This document shows, piece by piece, positions 1 to 7,713 of a stretch of 11,774 bases of DNA. The notes under the pieces were generated by a model. That model was not told the DNA's origin, did not search any database, and saw nothing but the letters and a program-made list of their open reading frames with translations. Origin of the DNA: Candidatus Diapherotrites archaeon CG10_big_fil_rev_8_21_14_0_10_31_34 (lineage in GTDB: Archaea > Iainarchaeota > Iainarchaeia > Iainarchaeales > 1-14-0-10-31-34); contig PFAI01000036.1 of the NCBI GenBank assembly GCA_002763225.1, positions 7,756-19,529 of the forward strand. Reading direction: 5' to 3'. Position numbers and translations under genes: made by a program. The stretch's first letter is position 1; every line of letters starts with the position of its first letter.

Positions 1-761
1 CTTGACTGGGAAGACATCCCTGATATGCTTTCTGTTGACACGCTTCCCATTGCTCCCATTTGTTTTGACAGTATTTTTACAATAAAAGAGCTTATTCCAA
101 ACATTAATGGCGCTCCAATAACTGAAGCAAAAAATATTAGGATTACATACATTGAAACATTTCCTTTTACTTCTTCCTGCAATGCATTTTGTTCTCTTAA
201 ATCATCTGAAAGCTGAATCAATAAATTTGCCATTTCTCCTCCTGAATTAATTCCTTCTGTTACAAGCCAGATAGTTTTTTCAAATGCTTTTGAACGGATT
301 TTTTCTGTCATTTCTTTTAAAGCAATTTCAGTTCTTTTTCCAGCCATTATTTTTTTGCTTGCTTCCTTGAATTCAATTGCTAATGCTCCGAATTCAGGTC
401 TTGCAGAAATAAGCAAAGCTTTTTCTGTTGTTACTCCTGATTTCATGTTTGATGCAATTAATTGAAGTGCATCAGGCAGAATTTTTTCCACAAATCTTGC
501 TTTTGAATCACTTGCCTGATTTAATAAATAATATGATCCTCCGACAGTAATGATAAACCCGGCAGCAAATCCAATAAAGAAATTCACTTGAAAAAAATAT
601 GTTAATCCAAATCCTGAAGCTAATGCAATTGCAAAACTTAATACTGCTATAAATCCTACAAAGCTTTTTGATTCAACTTCTATTCCTGAATACATTAATT
701 CTTTTGCAAATGCATTTAGCACGTCTCTTGGAACTATTTTTCCTATTTTTTCATAAATCAT
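1..761 (-). CDS. Type II secretion system F / TadC-family pilus membrane platform protein (3' end truncated by window edge)
   Basis: Not in the ORF track because there is no stop in the window. Manual translation from ATG at 759-761, 2 nt after the upstream stop, gives MIYEKIGKIVPRDVLNAFAKELMYSGI...ARFVEKILPDALQLIASNMKSGVTTEKAL...PEFGALAIEFKEASKKIMAG...EGINSGGEMANLLIQLSDDLRE, open to position 3 (253 codons). LPDALxxIASxxKSG, FGxLxxEF and SGG motifs plus hydrophobic segments are typical of T2SSF/TadC. Confidence 0.92.
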   Translation of the reverse strand, partial: MIYEKIGKIVPRDVLNAFAKELMYSGIEVESKSFVGFIAVLSFAIALASGFGLTYFFQVNFFIGFAAGFIITVGGSYYLLNQASDSKARFVEKILPDALQLIASNMKSGVTTEKALLISARPEFGALAIEFKEASKKIMAGKRTEIALKEMTEKIRSKAFEKTIWLVTEGINSGGEMANLLIQLSDDLREQNALQEEVKGNVSMYVILIFFASVIGAPLMFGISSFIVKILSKQMGAMGSVSTESISGMSSQS

Positions 762-763
762 TT

Positions 764-1663
764 TTATCCCATCAAGTTTGGTGTTTTAGATTTCAAAATA
801 CCTAAATACATGAATTCTCCTACTGCAATAAACACTAATAACATCCAGAACAATATTTCTCCTAATTTCATTTGAGGAAAAGAACTTAATACAATCAAAA
901 AAGTTACTCCTAAAGAAGGAATTATTACTCCTAACATCATATACATTAATGAAAGCAATTTCATTGAATTTCCATACCTTGTAATCTGCAGTTTTTCTTC
1001 TCTTATCATTGTCTGCACTAATTCCTGCATTACATCACTTACATCTGCTCCTGCTTTCATTCCATTAATTATCTGCCAGATGCTTCTCCTGAAAAAAATT
1101 GACGGATTATATCTTGCAATTCTTTCTAATGCAACTTCTTCCATTGTTCCTGTTTCAATTTCTTTTACTGCTATGGTGAATTCAGTTGATAATGCTCCAT
1201 AATCTCCTTGAGCAATAATATTTAATGCGTCAAATAATGATACTCCTGCTTTTATTTCAACTGTCATTGTTCTTAAAGCAAAAATTAAGTTTCTTTCAAT
1301 TTCTCTTGTTTTTTGTTTTCCCTTGATTTTTGGGTACATTGCAACCTGAATCAAAACAAAAAATCCAAGCAATATTCCTCCTGCTAAACCAGTAACCAAA
1401 AACAAGTCAGGAAACATTCTTATTCCAATCAAAATTGAAATAATAAAACCTAAAACAAAGTAAATTGCGCCCATTGCAATGATTATTGAACAGTAATCTT
1501 TGTCGTCAAAAGACATTTCTGCCTGAGTTAACTCTAATTTCAGATAAGGAAAAATTTTTGACAGCTTTAATCCTAAACCATAAAACTTGGCTGAAATAGC
1601 TTTAATTAAAGGAATTGGCAGAAAATTAAATGGAATCATTTCTCCTTTTTTTGTTTCAATCAT
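764..1663 (-). CDS. Type II secretion system F / TadC-family pilus membrane platform protein
   Basis: 299 aa. Two N-terminal TM segments, then IERNLIFALRTMTVEIKAGVSLFDAL...YGALSTEF...EIETG...ALERIA...GMKAGADVSDVM, then C-terminal TM helices. Start directly abuts the ATPase stop, with an SD-like AGGAG upstream. Confidence 0.92.
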   Translation of the reverse strand: MIETKKGEMIPFNFLPIPLIKAISAKFYGLGLKLSKIFPYLKLELTQAEMSFDDKDYCSIIIAMGAIYFVLGFIISILIGIRMFPDLFLVTGLAGGILLGFFVLIQVAMYPKIKGKQKTREIERNLIFALRTMTVEIKAGVSLFDALNIIAQGDYGALSTEFTIAVKEIETGTMEEVALERIARYNPSIFFRRSIWQIINGMKAGADVSDVMQELVQTMIREEKLQITRYGNSMKLLSLMYMMLGVIIPSLGVTFLIVLSSFPQMKLGEILFWMLLVFIAVGEFMYLGILKSKTPNLMG

Positions 1664-3676
1664 TTAATCTCCTGTTTTTGGTTTTCTGTTTTCTTCAACC
1701 ATCTTAATTATTTCATCTTTATCCATATAATAATTTGCCATTATTTTTCCAACATCTTTTATTGTATGCAGTTTGCTTTTAACAAGCCAGTCAAGAATTG
1801 TTTTTTTTGTTTTTAATTCATCTGTCATTTCCTGTTTGCTGAAACCAGTATGTAACCCTAGTTCATCAAATAATCTGATGCTTTCAGCATGCTTTTCTAT
1901 TGTATCTGTTGCTCCTTTCCACCTGTATAAAACATTTGCTTTAATTTCTTCTTCTTTTCCTCTTCTTTCAGTAATAAATTCTGCTACCTGCAAAACCCTT
2001 CTTACATTTAATCTTCTGTTTCTAAACATGACTACATTTAAGTGAACTGAATCCAGCATTGTTTTTGGGATTTCAATCGGAGGATTAGTCAGTCTTCTGA
2101 TTGTTTCTTGCGCAGTGTTAGCATGCACTGTTGTATAAGCCGAGTGCCCTGTATGCATTGCTTCAAATAATACTTCTGCTTCTCTTTGTCTTCTGATTTC
2201 TCCTACAATTAATCTGTCAGGGCGCATTCTTAATGAATTAATCAGCAGGTGAAGCATTGTCACTTCTCCTTTTCCTTCAACATTTGGTTCTCTTGTAGTT
2301 AATGGAACCCAATGAAGATATGGAGGCAAAGATAATTCTCTGGTGTTATGACAGACAATATTGTTTGCAATAAAGCTTTCATTTTCAGGGACACTGAAAT
2401 CATATACAAACCCTTCAAATTTTTCCGTTGAAATTTTTTCTATCTTGTCTTTTTGCACTTCACTGCTTTTTTTCCCTGCCCATTCCTTTTCTATTGGGGT
2501 AACTATAAAAGTGCCTTTACTTAATTTTTCTCCTTTAATCGGAATTATTTTTCCGTTTTCACCAAAACTAAAAAGCGAGTGATCTGGAGTAACTTTTATT
2601 TTCCTGCCGCTTGCAAGAATCACTTCCATTAAATCTTTTTTTACCCAGTGCCTTATAAAATGACTTGGTTCTTTCCATTCAATTTTTCCTTCTTTAGTCA
2701 TGCTTGGGATTTCAATGTTTTCATAGTTTTCTACTGCAATGCCTTTTATTGAGTCATCTTCTATCAACCCGTCAATTAGTTCCTCTATATTTGTTTTATT
2801 TACTTTTCCTTTATGTTTATACAGAATTTCGCTTTTTCCGCTGACACTATCCTCTATACTCAAAATTCTCTGGTTTGGCTGAATAAAAGGCATGCAAATG
2901 TTTAATGCAGTTGTTTTTCCTGAACCGGTTCCTCCAGAAAAAATAATATTTAATTCATATTCCATTGCAAGCCAAATCAAAGCCATTACATCAGTGTTAA
3001 CTGTTTTATTTTCAACAAAATCCGTTATAGTGTATGGGTCTCTTCTGAATCTCCTGATTGTAATTGTATTTCCTTTGCTTGAAATTGGAAACAAAGTTGC
3101 ATTAGCTCTGTCTCCTGTAATTAAGTGAGCATCCAATAAAGGGTTTAAAACAGTGATTTGTTTTCCTATTCTTCTTGCAATAATGCTTGCATAATTTTGT
3201 ATTTCAGTTTCAGGGCGTATAAATACATTTGTTTTTAGCCATCCAAACCCTTTATGATAAACCCATACTGGTTCACTTGCAGTATTAACTACAATTTCTT
3301 CTATGTTTCCGTCATTTAATAAAAATTCTATTTTTCCCAGTCCAAGCATTTCTTCTAATAATAATCCAATCAATAAATTTCTTGAGCCTTCAACAATATT
3401 TGGCAGTTCTTTATCAAGAATTTTTTCTGCTTTTTGCTGAAAACTTTTTTTTAATGAATCAACAAAATCCGGATCCATCATTCTTTCTGCCTGAATAGTG
3501 GAATCAGTTATAATGCTTTTCTTTAAATTTTTTAATACTGCTTCTGTTCCTTCCCCGAACTCAGGAAAGTCAAGCATGTAAATCCTGACAAATTCTTTTT
3601 CTCTTTCAACTATGTTTACTTCTATTTCTGTTTCAATTGACTTAACTTTATAAGTTTCTAATACTTTTTCTTTCAT
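1664..3676 (-). CDS. VirB11/CpaF/FlaI-family type IV pilus assembly ATPase containing a mini-intein
   Basis: Motifs GLGKIEFLLNDGNIEEIVVN, RANATLFP...TITIRRF, Walker A GGTGSGKTT (2909-2935), Asp box IED/TREL split by the intein, Walker B region LRMRPDRLIVGEIR, His box AMHTGHS..TTVHAN. 670-aa precursor, 502 aa after predicted splicing. ATGA overlap with the upstream gene. Confidence 0.96.
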   Translation of the reverse strand: MKEKVLETYKVKSIETEIEVNIVEREKEFVRIYMLDFPEFGEGTEAVLKNLKKSIITDSTIQAERMMDPDFVDSLKKSFQQKAEKILDKELPNIVEGSRNLLIGLLLEEMLGLGKIEFLLNDGNIEEIVVNTASEPVWVYHKGFGWLKTNVFIRPETEIQNYASIIARRIGKQITVLNPLLDAHLITGDRANATLFPISSKGNTITIRRFRRDPYTITDFVENKTVNTDVMALIWLAMEYELNIIFSGGTGSGKTTALNICMPFIQPNQRILSIEDSVSGKSEILYKHKGKVNKTNIEELIDGLIEDDSIKGIAVENYENIEIPSMTKEGKIEWKEPSHFIRHWVKKDLMEVILASGRKIKVTPDHSLFSFGENGKIIPIKGEKLSKGTFIVTPIEKEWAGKKSSEVQKDKIEKISTEKFEGFVYDFSVPENESFIANNIVCHNTRELSLPPYLHWVPLTTREPNVEGKGEVTMLHLLINSLRMRPDRLIVGEIRRQREAEVLFEAMHTGHSAYTTVHANTAQETIRRLTNPPIEIPKTMLDSVHLNVVMFRNRRLNVRRVLQVAEFITERRGKEEEIKANVLYRWKGATDTIEKHAESIRLFDELGLHTGFSKQEMTDELKTKKTILDWLVKSKLHTIKDVGKIMANYYMDKDEIIKMVEENRKPKTGD
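2345..2848 (-). mobile_element. Mini-intein (Hint domain, no homing endonuclease), 168 aa
   Basis: Starts SVSGKSEILY (block A, Ser1), has block B GRKIKVTPDHSLF (TxxH), block F VYDFSVPENESFIAN and ends VCHN, followed by Thr+1. Removing it restores the conserved ATPase motif SIEDTRELSL. No LAGLIDADG motifs. Confidence 0.95.
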
Positions 3677-5574
3677 TTAACTCCCTTCTTTTTCTTTGCT
3701 TTTTTTTTCTTTTCCGGTTTAATATATTCTTTTGAAATTAGCTGGGCTCCTCCAAATACTGGGAAATTCAGTTTAACTAAATCATTTTTTTCCAATACAA
3801 GATAGCATTCTTTTATTCTTTCAGTGCTCATTCCTAATTCTCTTGCGGCGTCTTTTTCATTTACTTTTCCTTTTTCTTTAATTAATTTTAATAGTTTATC
3901 AAAATCAGTTACTATTTTTTTTGCATGAATTTCTTTTATTTCTCCTTCTCTTTTTTCTGTTTTCTTTTGAATAATTACACTTGTTTCATTAAATCCAGTG
4001 TCTTCAGCAATTTTTTGGGATTCTTTTGGTTCATATTTTTGTTCTATTGAAGAAAGTATTTTGTCAAACTTGTTAATTAATTCTTTTGCCGAAACAAACT
4101 CTAATTCCCTTCTGATCTGGGTTTCCCCTATGTTTTTTCTTTGCATTAAATCAGCTAATTTGTTTTCCATTTCAGTTGTTTTTTTTGGGTCAACTGTTGG
4201 TGCAATTCTTTTAATTATTCCGGTCATTGTTGTTTTTCTTGGTTCAATTGATTCAGGTTTTCCCGGAACAGGATTTTTTGTTTCTTTTTCAGCGAAATAA
4301 GGGTTTGAATCAAAATCTTGGCTGAATTCTTTTAATGCTTCTCGTACTTTTTGCCTGCTTTTTGGAGTATGTTGTGTTGCAAATTTAATGCTTTCCTGTT
4401 GAATTGTCTTTAATCCTGAATCAAATACAGTTGTTCTGCCTTTTTTTCCTTTTTTAATTTTTATTACAGAACTTGCTGTCGAGTCTGTTGCTGGCCCATA
4501 TACTGGAGTAAAAGATTTAGGTCTTTTCTTTTCCATTTCAAGCGAACTTAATTCTTCTTGATAATCAAATAATTTTTTTTTGTAATCCTGTTCACTTATT
4601 TGCCTGTGAAAGAAAGCATACTTTAAATTTTTCATTTTTTGCTGGACTTTTGCTATATCAAAATCAAATTGTTCATCTGTTTTTCCTTGAAATGTTTTTG
4701 CTGAAGAAAAATGCGTTGCTGTAGCCTGAGCGGGTGTTCCGACAGGCTGTTTTCCTGCAATTATTCTTGCTCCTCCTTTAATACTTACATAAGTTTCTTT
4801 CCCTGAAGTAAATTCATTATGAAATGCATCTAATGCTTTTTGCCTTTTTGAACTAATTTCTTTTTCTCTTTTTTGTTTTAATTCATCTAATGGAGAAATA
4901 AATTTTATTTCTTTTTTCTCTGTTTTTATTTCTTTAATTTTTTTTGAATCCTTTTTTTCTTGTGTTTCTTTTAAAAATTTCTTTTTCTGTTTTGTTTTTC
5001 TTGATTTTACTCTTCTTTTTTCGGATTTTGTTTTAGCTGTTTTTTCTTTGCCTTTTTGTTCAACTTTTTTACCCAAGGTACTTTTTGAAAAAGGTTGTTT
5101 TGATAAAGTTTTTTTTAAAAGATTTAAAGGTTGTTTTGGTTTTATCTTTTCGTCAGCTTCTTCTGGTTTGTCTATCACTACTTTTGATTCCACTTCTTTT
5201 TTCAGTTCTTTTATTTCTTTTTTCTTGAATCCGACTTCTCTTGCAATTTTTTCTCTTTTTCCTTCGTTTTTCTTTAATTCATTTAATTCATCAATTATTT
5301 CTTTTAGCTTGTTTTTTTCTTCCTGAATGTTAACTCTTTTTTCTAATAATAATAAGCTTCCTTCTTTCTGAAGAATCATATATTCAAGTTCTTCTGCGTC
5401 TTTTTTTTCAAGGCTTTTTTTTAATGCTGTAATTCTTTCTTCTAATGGCTTTTTTGGTTTTGAAAACAAATTAGTAATTTTAAAAATAACATTTCTTTGA
5501 TTATTAGTTATCTCTATTCTTTTTGCTTCAAGCATTTTGTTTATCAAATCTTGTTTTCTTTTATTGTCGTCCAT
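3673..5574 (-). CDS. Lys/Glu-rich coiled-coil/low-complexity cytoplasmic protein with C-terminal winged-helix-like domain
   Basis: 633-aa ORF with no hydrophobic segment and a highly charged composition. C-terminal IVTDFDKLLKLIKEKGKVNEKDAARELGMSTERIKECYLVLEKNDLVKLNFP has wHTH-like periodicity. Stop overlaps the ATPase start (ATGA). Function unknown. Confidence 0.8.
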   Translation of the reverse strand: MDDNKRKQDLINKMLEAKRIEITNNQRNVIFKITNLFSKPKKPLEERITALKKSLEKKDAEELEYMILQKEGSLLLLEKRVNIQEEKNKLKEIIDELNELKKNEGKREKIAREVGFKKKEIKELKKEVESKVVIDKPEEADEKIKPKQPLNLLKKTLSKQPFSKSTLGKKVEQKGKEKTAKTKSEKRRVKSRKTKQKKKFLKETQEKKDSKKIKEIKTEKKEIKFISPLDELKQKREKEISSKRQKALDAFHNEFTSGKETYVSIKGGARIIAGKQPVGTPAQATATHFSSAKTFQGKTDEQFDFDIAKVQQKMKNLKYAFFHRQISEQDYKKKLFDYQEELSSLEMEKKRPKSFTPVYGPATDSTASSVIKIKKGKKGRTTVFDSGLKTIQQESIKFATQHTPKSRQKVREALKEFSQDFDSNPYFAEKETKNPVPGKPESIEPRKTTMTGIIKRIAPTVDPKKTTEMENKLADLMQRKNIGETQIRRELEFVSAKELINKFDKILSSIEQKYEPKESQKIAEDTGFNETSVIIQKKTEKREGEIKEIHAKKIVTDFDKLLKLIKEKGKVNEKDAARELGMSTERIKECYLVLEKNDLVKLNFPVFGGAQLISKEYIKPEKKKKAKKKKGVK

Positions 5575-5623
5575 TTTTTTCCCTTTCCATTTATATTTGG
5601 TCTTTATTCTTTTTATTATATGT
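5575..5623 (-). promoter_or_regulatory. AT-rich intergenic spacer, possible internal archaeal promoter
   Basis: Largest gap between called CDSs (49 nt). The minus strand has a purine-rich tract followed by TATAAA (5590-5595) and a GGAAAGGG SD-like run. The spacing to the ATG is short and the background is AT-rich, so support is weak. Confidence 0.25.
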
Positions 5624-6742
5624 TTATGTTGCTTCTATTACTGTGCTTGGCGCTGATTTGTTCCCAAAATAGTCTACTGCAACAATATAAAAGTAATTTG
5701 TCTGCCATAAATCTAATTCTGTTCCGGTAACAGTTTTATTCAGGGTTTGTGCTTTGATATAAGTTGTATATGCCTGATTGTCTTCATTGCTTCTGAAAAC
5801 AATGTATTGCATTAAATCATCTTCTGAATTCTGATTCCATCCGATTAATACTTTTCCTTCTGCTTTTCTTGCAGTTAATCCAGTAGGCATTGCAGGCGCG
5901 GTTGAATCATTTCTTATTGTTATTCCTGATTCTGAATATGTTTTTCCCTGATAACTTACTTCAATTGAATAAACTCCTTCTTTTTTTGGGGCAGTAACCA
6001 TTAATTCAAATCCAGTGTAATCTGTTCCTGTGTTTCCTGAAACTGTTTTAGTTTTTACTTCGCTTTTTTCAATGATTCCGTTTTTTTTCCATTCAATTGC
6101 AAACTCAAAGGTTCCTTTTGCCCCGTTTGATTCAATAACTAAATTCACTTCTTTTTCTGGTTTAAAAAACTTTTTTGTTGGATGCATTCCAATTATTTCA
6201 AGTTCTTCTTCTTTTATTCCGCAACTTCCATTAATGCATTCTCCTTTTTCACAACCACATAATCCGCAGTTTTCTTCTATTTTTCCGTTATTGCAGTAAT
6301 CTGGTTTGTTTAAAGAGCATTCCCCAAAAACTGTTCCATCAGAACATTTTTTTTCTGTTTCTGTTACAATAATCTTCTTTTTTTCTTTTAATTTATTTCC
6401 ATTGTCTAATTCTATTTCCACTTCAATATAAAACGCGCTTGCTTTACTGAAAACTTCATTAAACATTATCTCGCATTTTGTTTTATTGCATGTTTTTTCT
6501 TCGGTTTTTGTCGGAGAACTATAAATTATTTTTTTTATCATAAAACTGCTTTCTGCTTTAATTTTTATTTCAGCGTTTTCTCCTTTTACAAAACTTTCAT
6601 TTGATTTAATTTCAAGGTTTGTTTCAGGGCTTATTTCTTTGATATTAAGCAATCCGGTTGAACCAAAACTAAGTATTGCTCCAATAACTATTGCTAAAGA
6701 AAGCAGTATTGCAGCAAGATTTTTTCCTTCCATTTCCGTCAC
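5624..6742 (-). CDS. Membrane-anchored/secreted surface protein with Cys-rich module and C-terminal fibronectin type III domain
   Basis: N-terminal hydrophobic stretch LAAILLSLAIVIGAILSFG; 8-Cys module at 6221-6346; FN3 signature DSTAPAMPTGLTA...LIGWNQNSEDDLMQYIVFRS...YFYIVAVDYFGNKSAPS (~5627-5908). GTG start overlaps the upstream stop (GTGA); alternative ATG at 6733. Confidence 0.85.
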   Translation of the reverse strand: MTEMEGKNLAAILLSLAIVIGAILSFGSTGLLNIKEISPETNLEIKSNESFVKGENAEIKIKAESSFMIKKIIYSSPTKTEEKTCNKTKCEIMFNEVFSKASAFYIEVEIELDNGNKLKEKKKIIVTETEKKCSDGTVFGECSLNKPDYCNNGKIEENCGLCGCEKGECINGSCGIKEEELEIIGMHPTKKFFKPEKEVNLVIESNGAKGTFEFAIEWKKNGIIEKSEVKTKTVSGNTGTDYTGFELMVTAPKKEGVYSIEVSYQGKTYSESGITIRNDSTAPAMPTGLTARKAEGKVLIGWNQNSEDDLMQYIVFRSNEDNQAYTTYIKAQTLNKTVTGTELDLWQTNYFYIVAVDYFGNKSAPSTVIEAT

Positions 6743-7713
6743 TTATTGGTTTTAGTTATATTAAATCTATTGTCTGTTAAAGTCACATTAACGTCATTTA
6801 ATTCAAATTCTTCTATTTCTTGGGTAAACAAAAACTCTGTTTTTACTGTAATCGGGGTTCCTGAATGTTTTATTTCTGTATTATTTGAATTAAAAAATAT
6901 TTTTATTGTTTCATGTGAATCTCCTCCGAAACAGTTTGCTCCAGTGCAGGTTAAGATTATTGTGTTGTTTGTTCCCGGAATAAAATGCCTGCTTGTTTTT
7001 CTTGAATCCGAATTTAAATCGCATGAACTGCAGTTTTCATCCAAAAAATTTATTTCAATAAAAGGGTTTGAGTCTGCCTCAACATAATCAAATGCATAAC
7101 AGTTTGTATCTCCTCCGTAATCGCAGATTAATGTATTGTAATCTCCTGTTGAAGGCAGTGAAATATTTATGTCAATTCTTTTAATCAAACTAATATCAAA
7201 TGCTTCTTCACAGGTATTGTCCCCAAAAAAATGCATTGAATTATAGTCTGTTACCGAGTATTTTTTGCATTGAGGTTTTATTAACATTAATAGATTTGTG
7301 TCTGTTCCTCCCCATAAAATGTTTTTTGGAGCTTCAATTTCCACTTCAATAGGGTCATTTATTATTGAATCAGTGCTTTCAGCAAAAATTTTATATGCAT
7401 TAATAAAATCAAAAAAACCGCGTAAATTTGCTTCTTTTAACGGAAGGTTTTGGGTAAAACTAATTTTGTTTCCGTCAATTGAATAATTAAACGGAACAAA
7501 TCTTTCAAAAAAAGTTTTTACAGGATCTTCTTTATAGAAATCTTTGACATAATTAATGTTGTCGTATTTGTATTTCATCTGGTCAATTGCAGTTGAACTA
7601 AAAGTTTTGTTTTCTGCTTTCAGATACTGGCTGTTTATCTTGAATGCAAATCCCAGCAAAAGCAAAGACAAAAGCAGGCCCATTAAAATAAAAAGCATTC
7701 CCTTGTTTTTCAT
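6739..7713 (-). CDS. Putative minor pilin-like secreted protein (class III-like signal peptide)
   Basis: 324 aa. Begins MKNKG|MLFILMGLLLSLLLLGFAF (basic leader, Gly at -1, hydrophobic helix), followed by an Asn/Thr-rich, beta-rich region with several Cys. ATGA overlap with the upstream gene. Lacks an acidic residue at +5, so the pilin call is tentative. Confidence 0.7.
   Translation of the reverse strand: MKNKGMLFILMGLLLSLLLLGFAFKINSQYLKAENKTFSSTAIDQMKYKYDNINYVKDFYKEDPVKTFFERFVPFNYSIDGNKISFTQNLPLKEANLRGFFDFINAYKIFAESTDSIINDPIEVEIEAPKNILWGGTDTNLLMLIKPQCKKYSVTDYNSMHFFGDNTCEEAFDISLIKRIDINISLPSTGDYNTLICDYGGDTNCYAFDYVEADSNPFIEINFLDENCSSCDLNSDSRKTSRHFIPGTNNTIILTCTGANCFGGDSHETIKIFFNSNNTEIKHSGTPITVKTEFLFTQEIEEFELNDVNVTLTDNRFNITKTNK

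Noticed and set aside
2345..2848. Homing endonuclease, class 3 intein or Hedgehog/BIL-type Hint domain
   Set aside because: Too short and no LAGLIDADG/HNH motif; no Trp-Cys-Thr triad (block F has Asp). It sits in a conserved enzyme motif with HN/T ends, as expected for a true intein.
1..3676. Archaellum (flaI/flaJ) assignment
   Set aside because: No FlaH/FlaF/FlaG or archaellin-like genes are visible, there are two separate TadC-like genes, and the pilins have QxSxE signals. No gene symbols were assigned.
3690..5420. Poly-T runs of up to about 9 nt as phase-variation or slippage sites
   Set aside because: They correspond to AAA Lys codons in a Lys-rich, intact reading frame. No frameshift is evident and such runs are common throughout the window.
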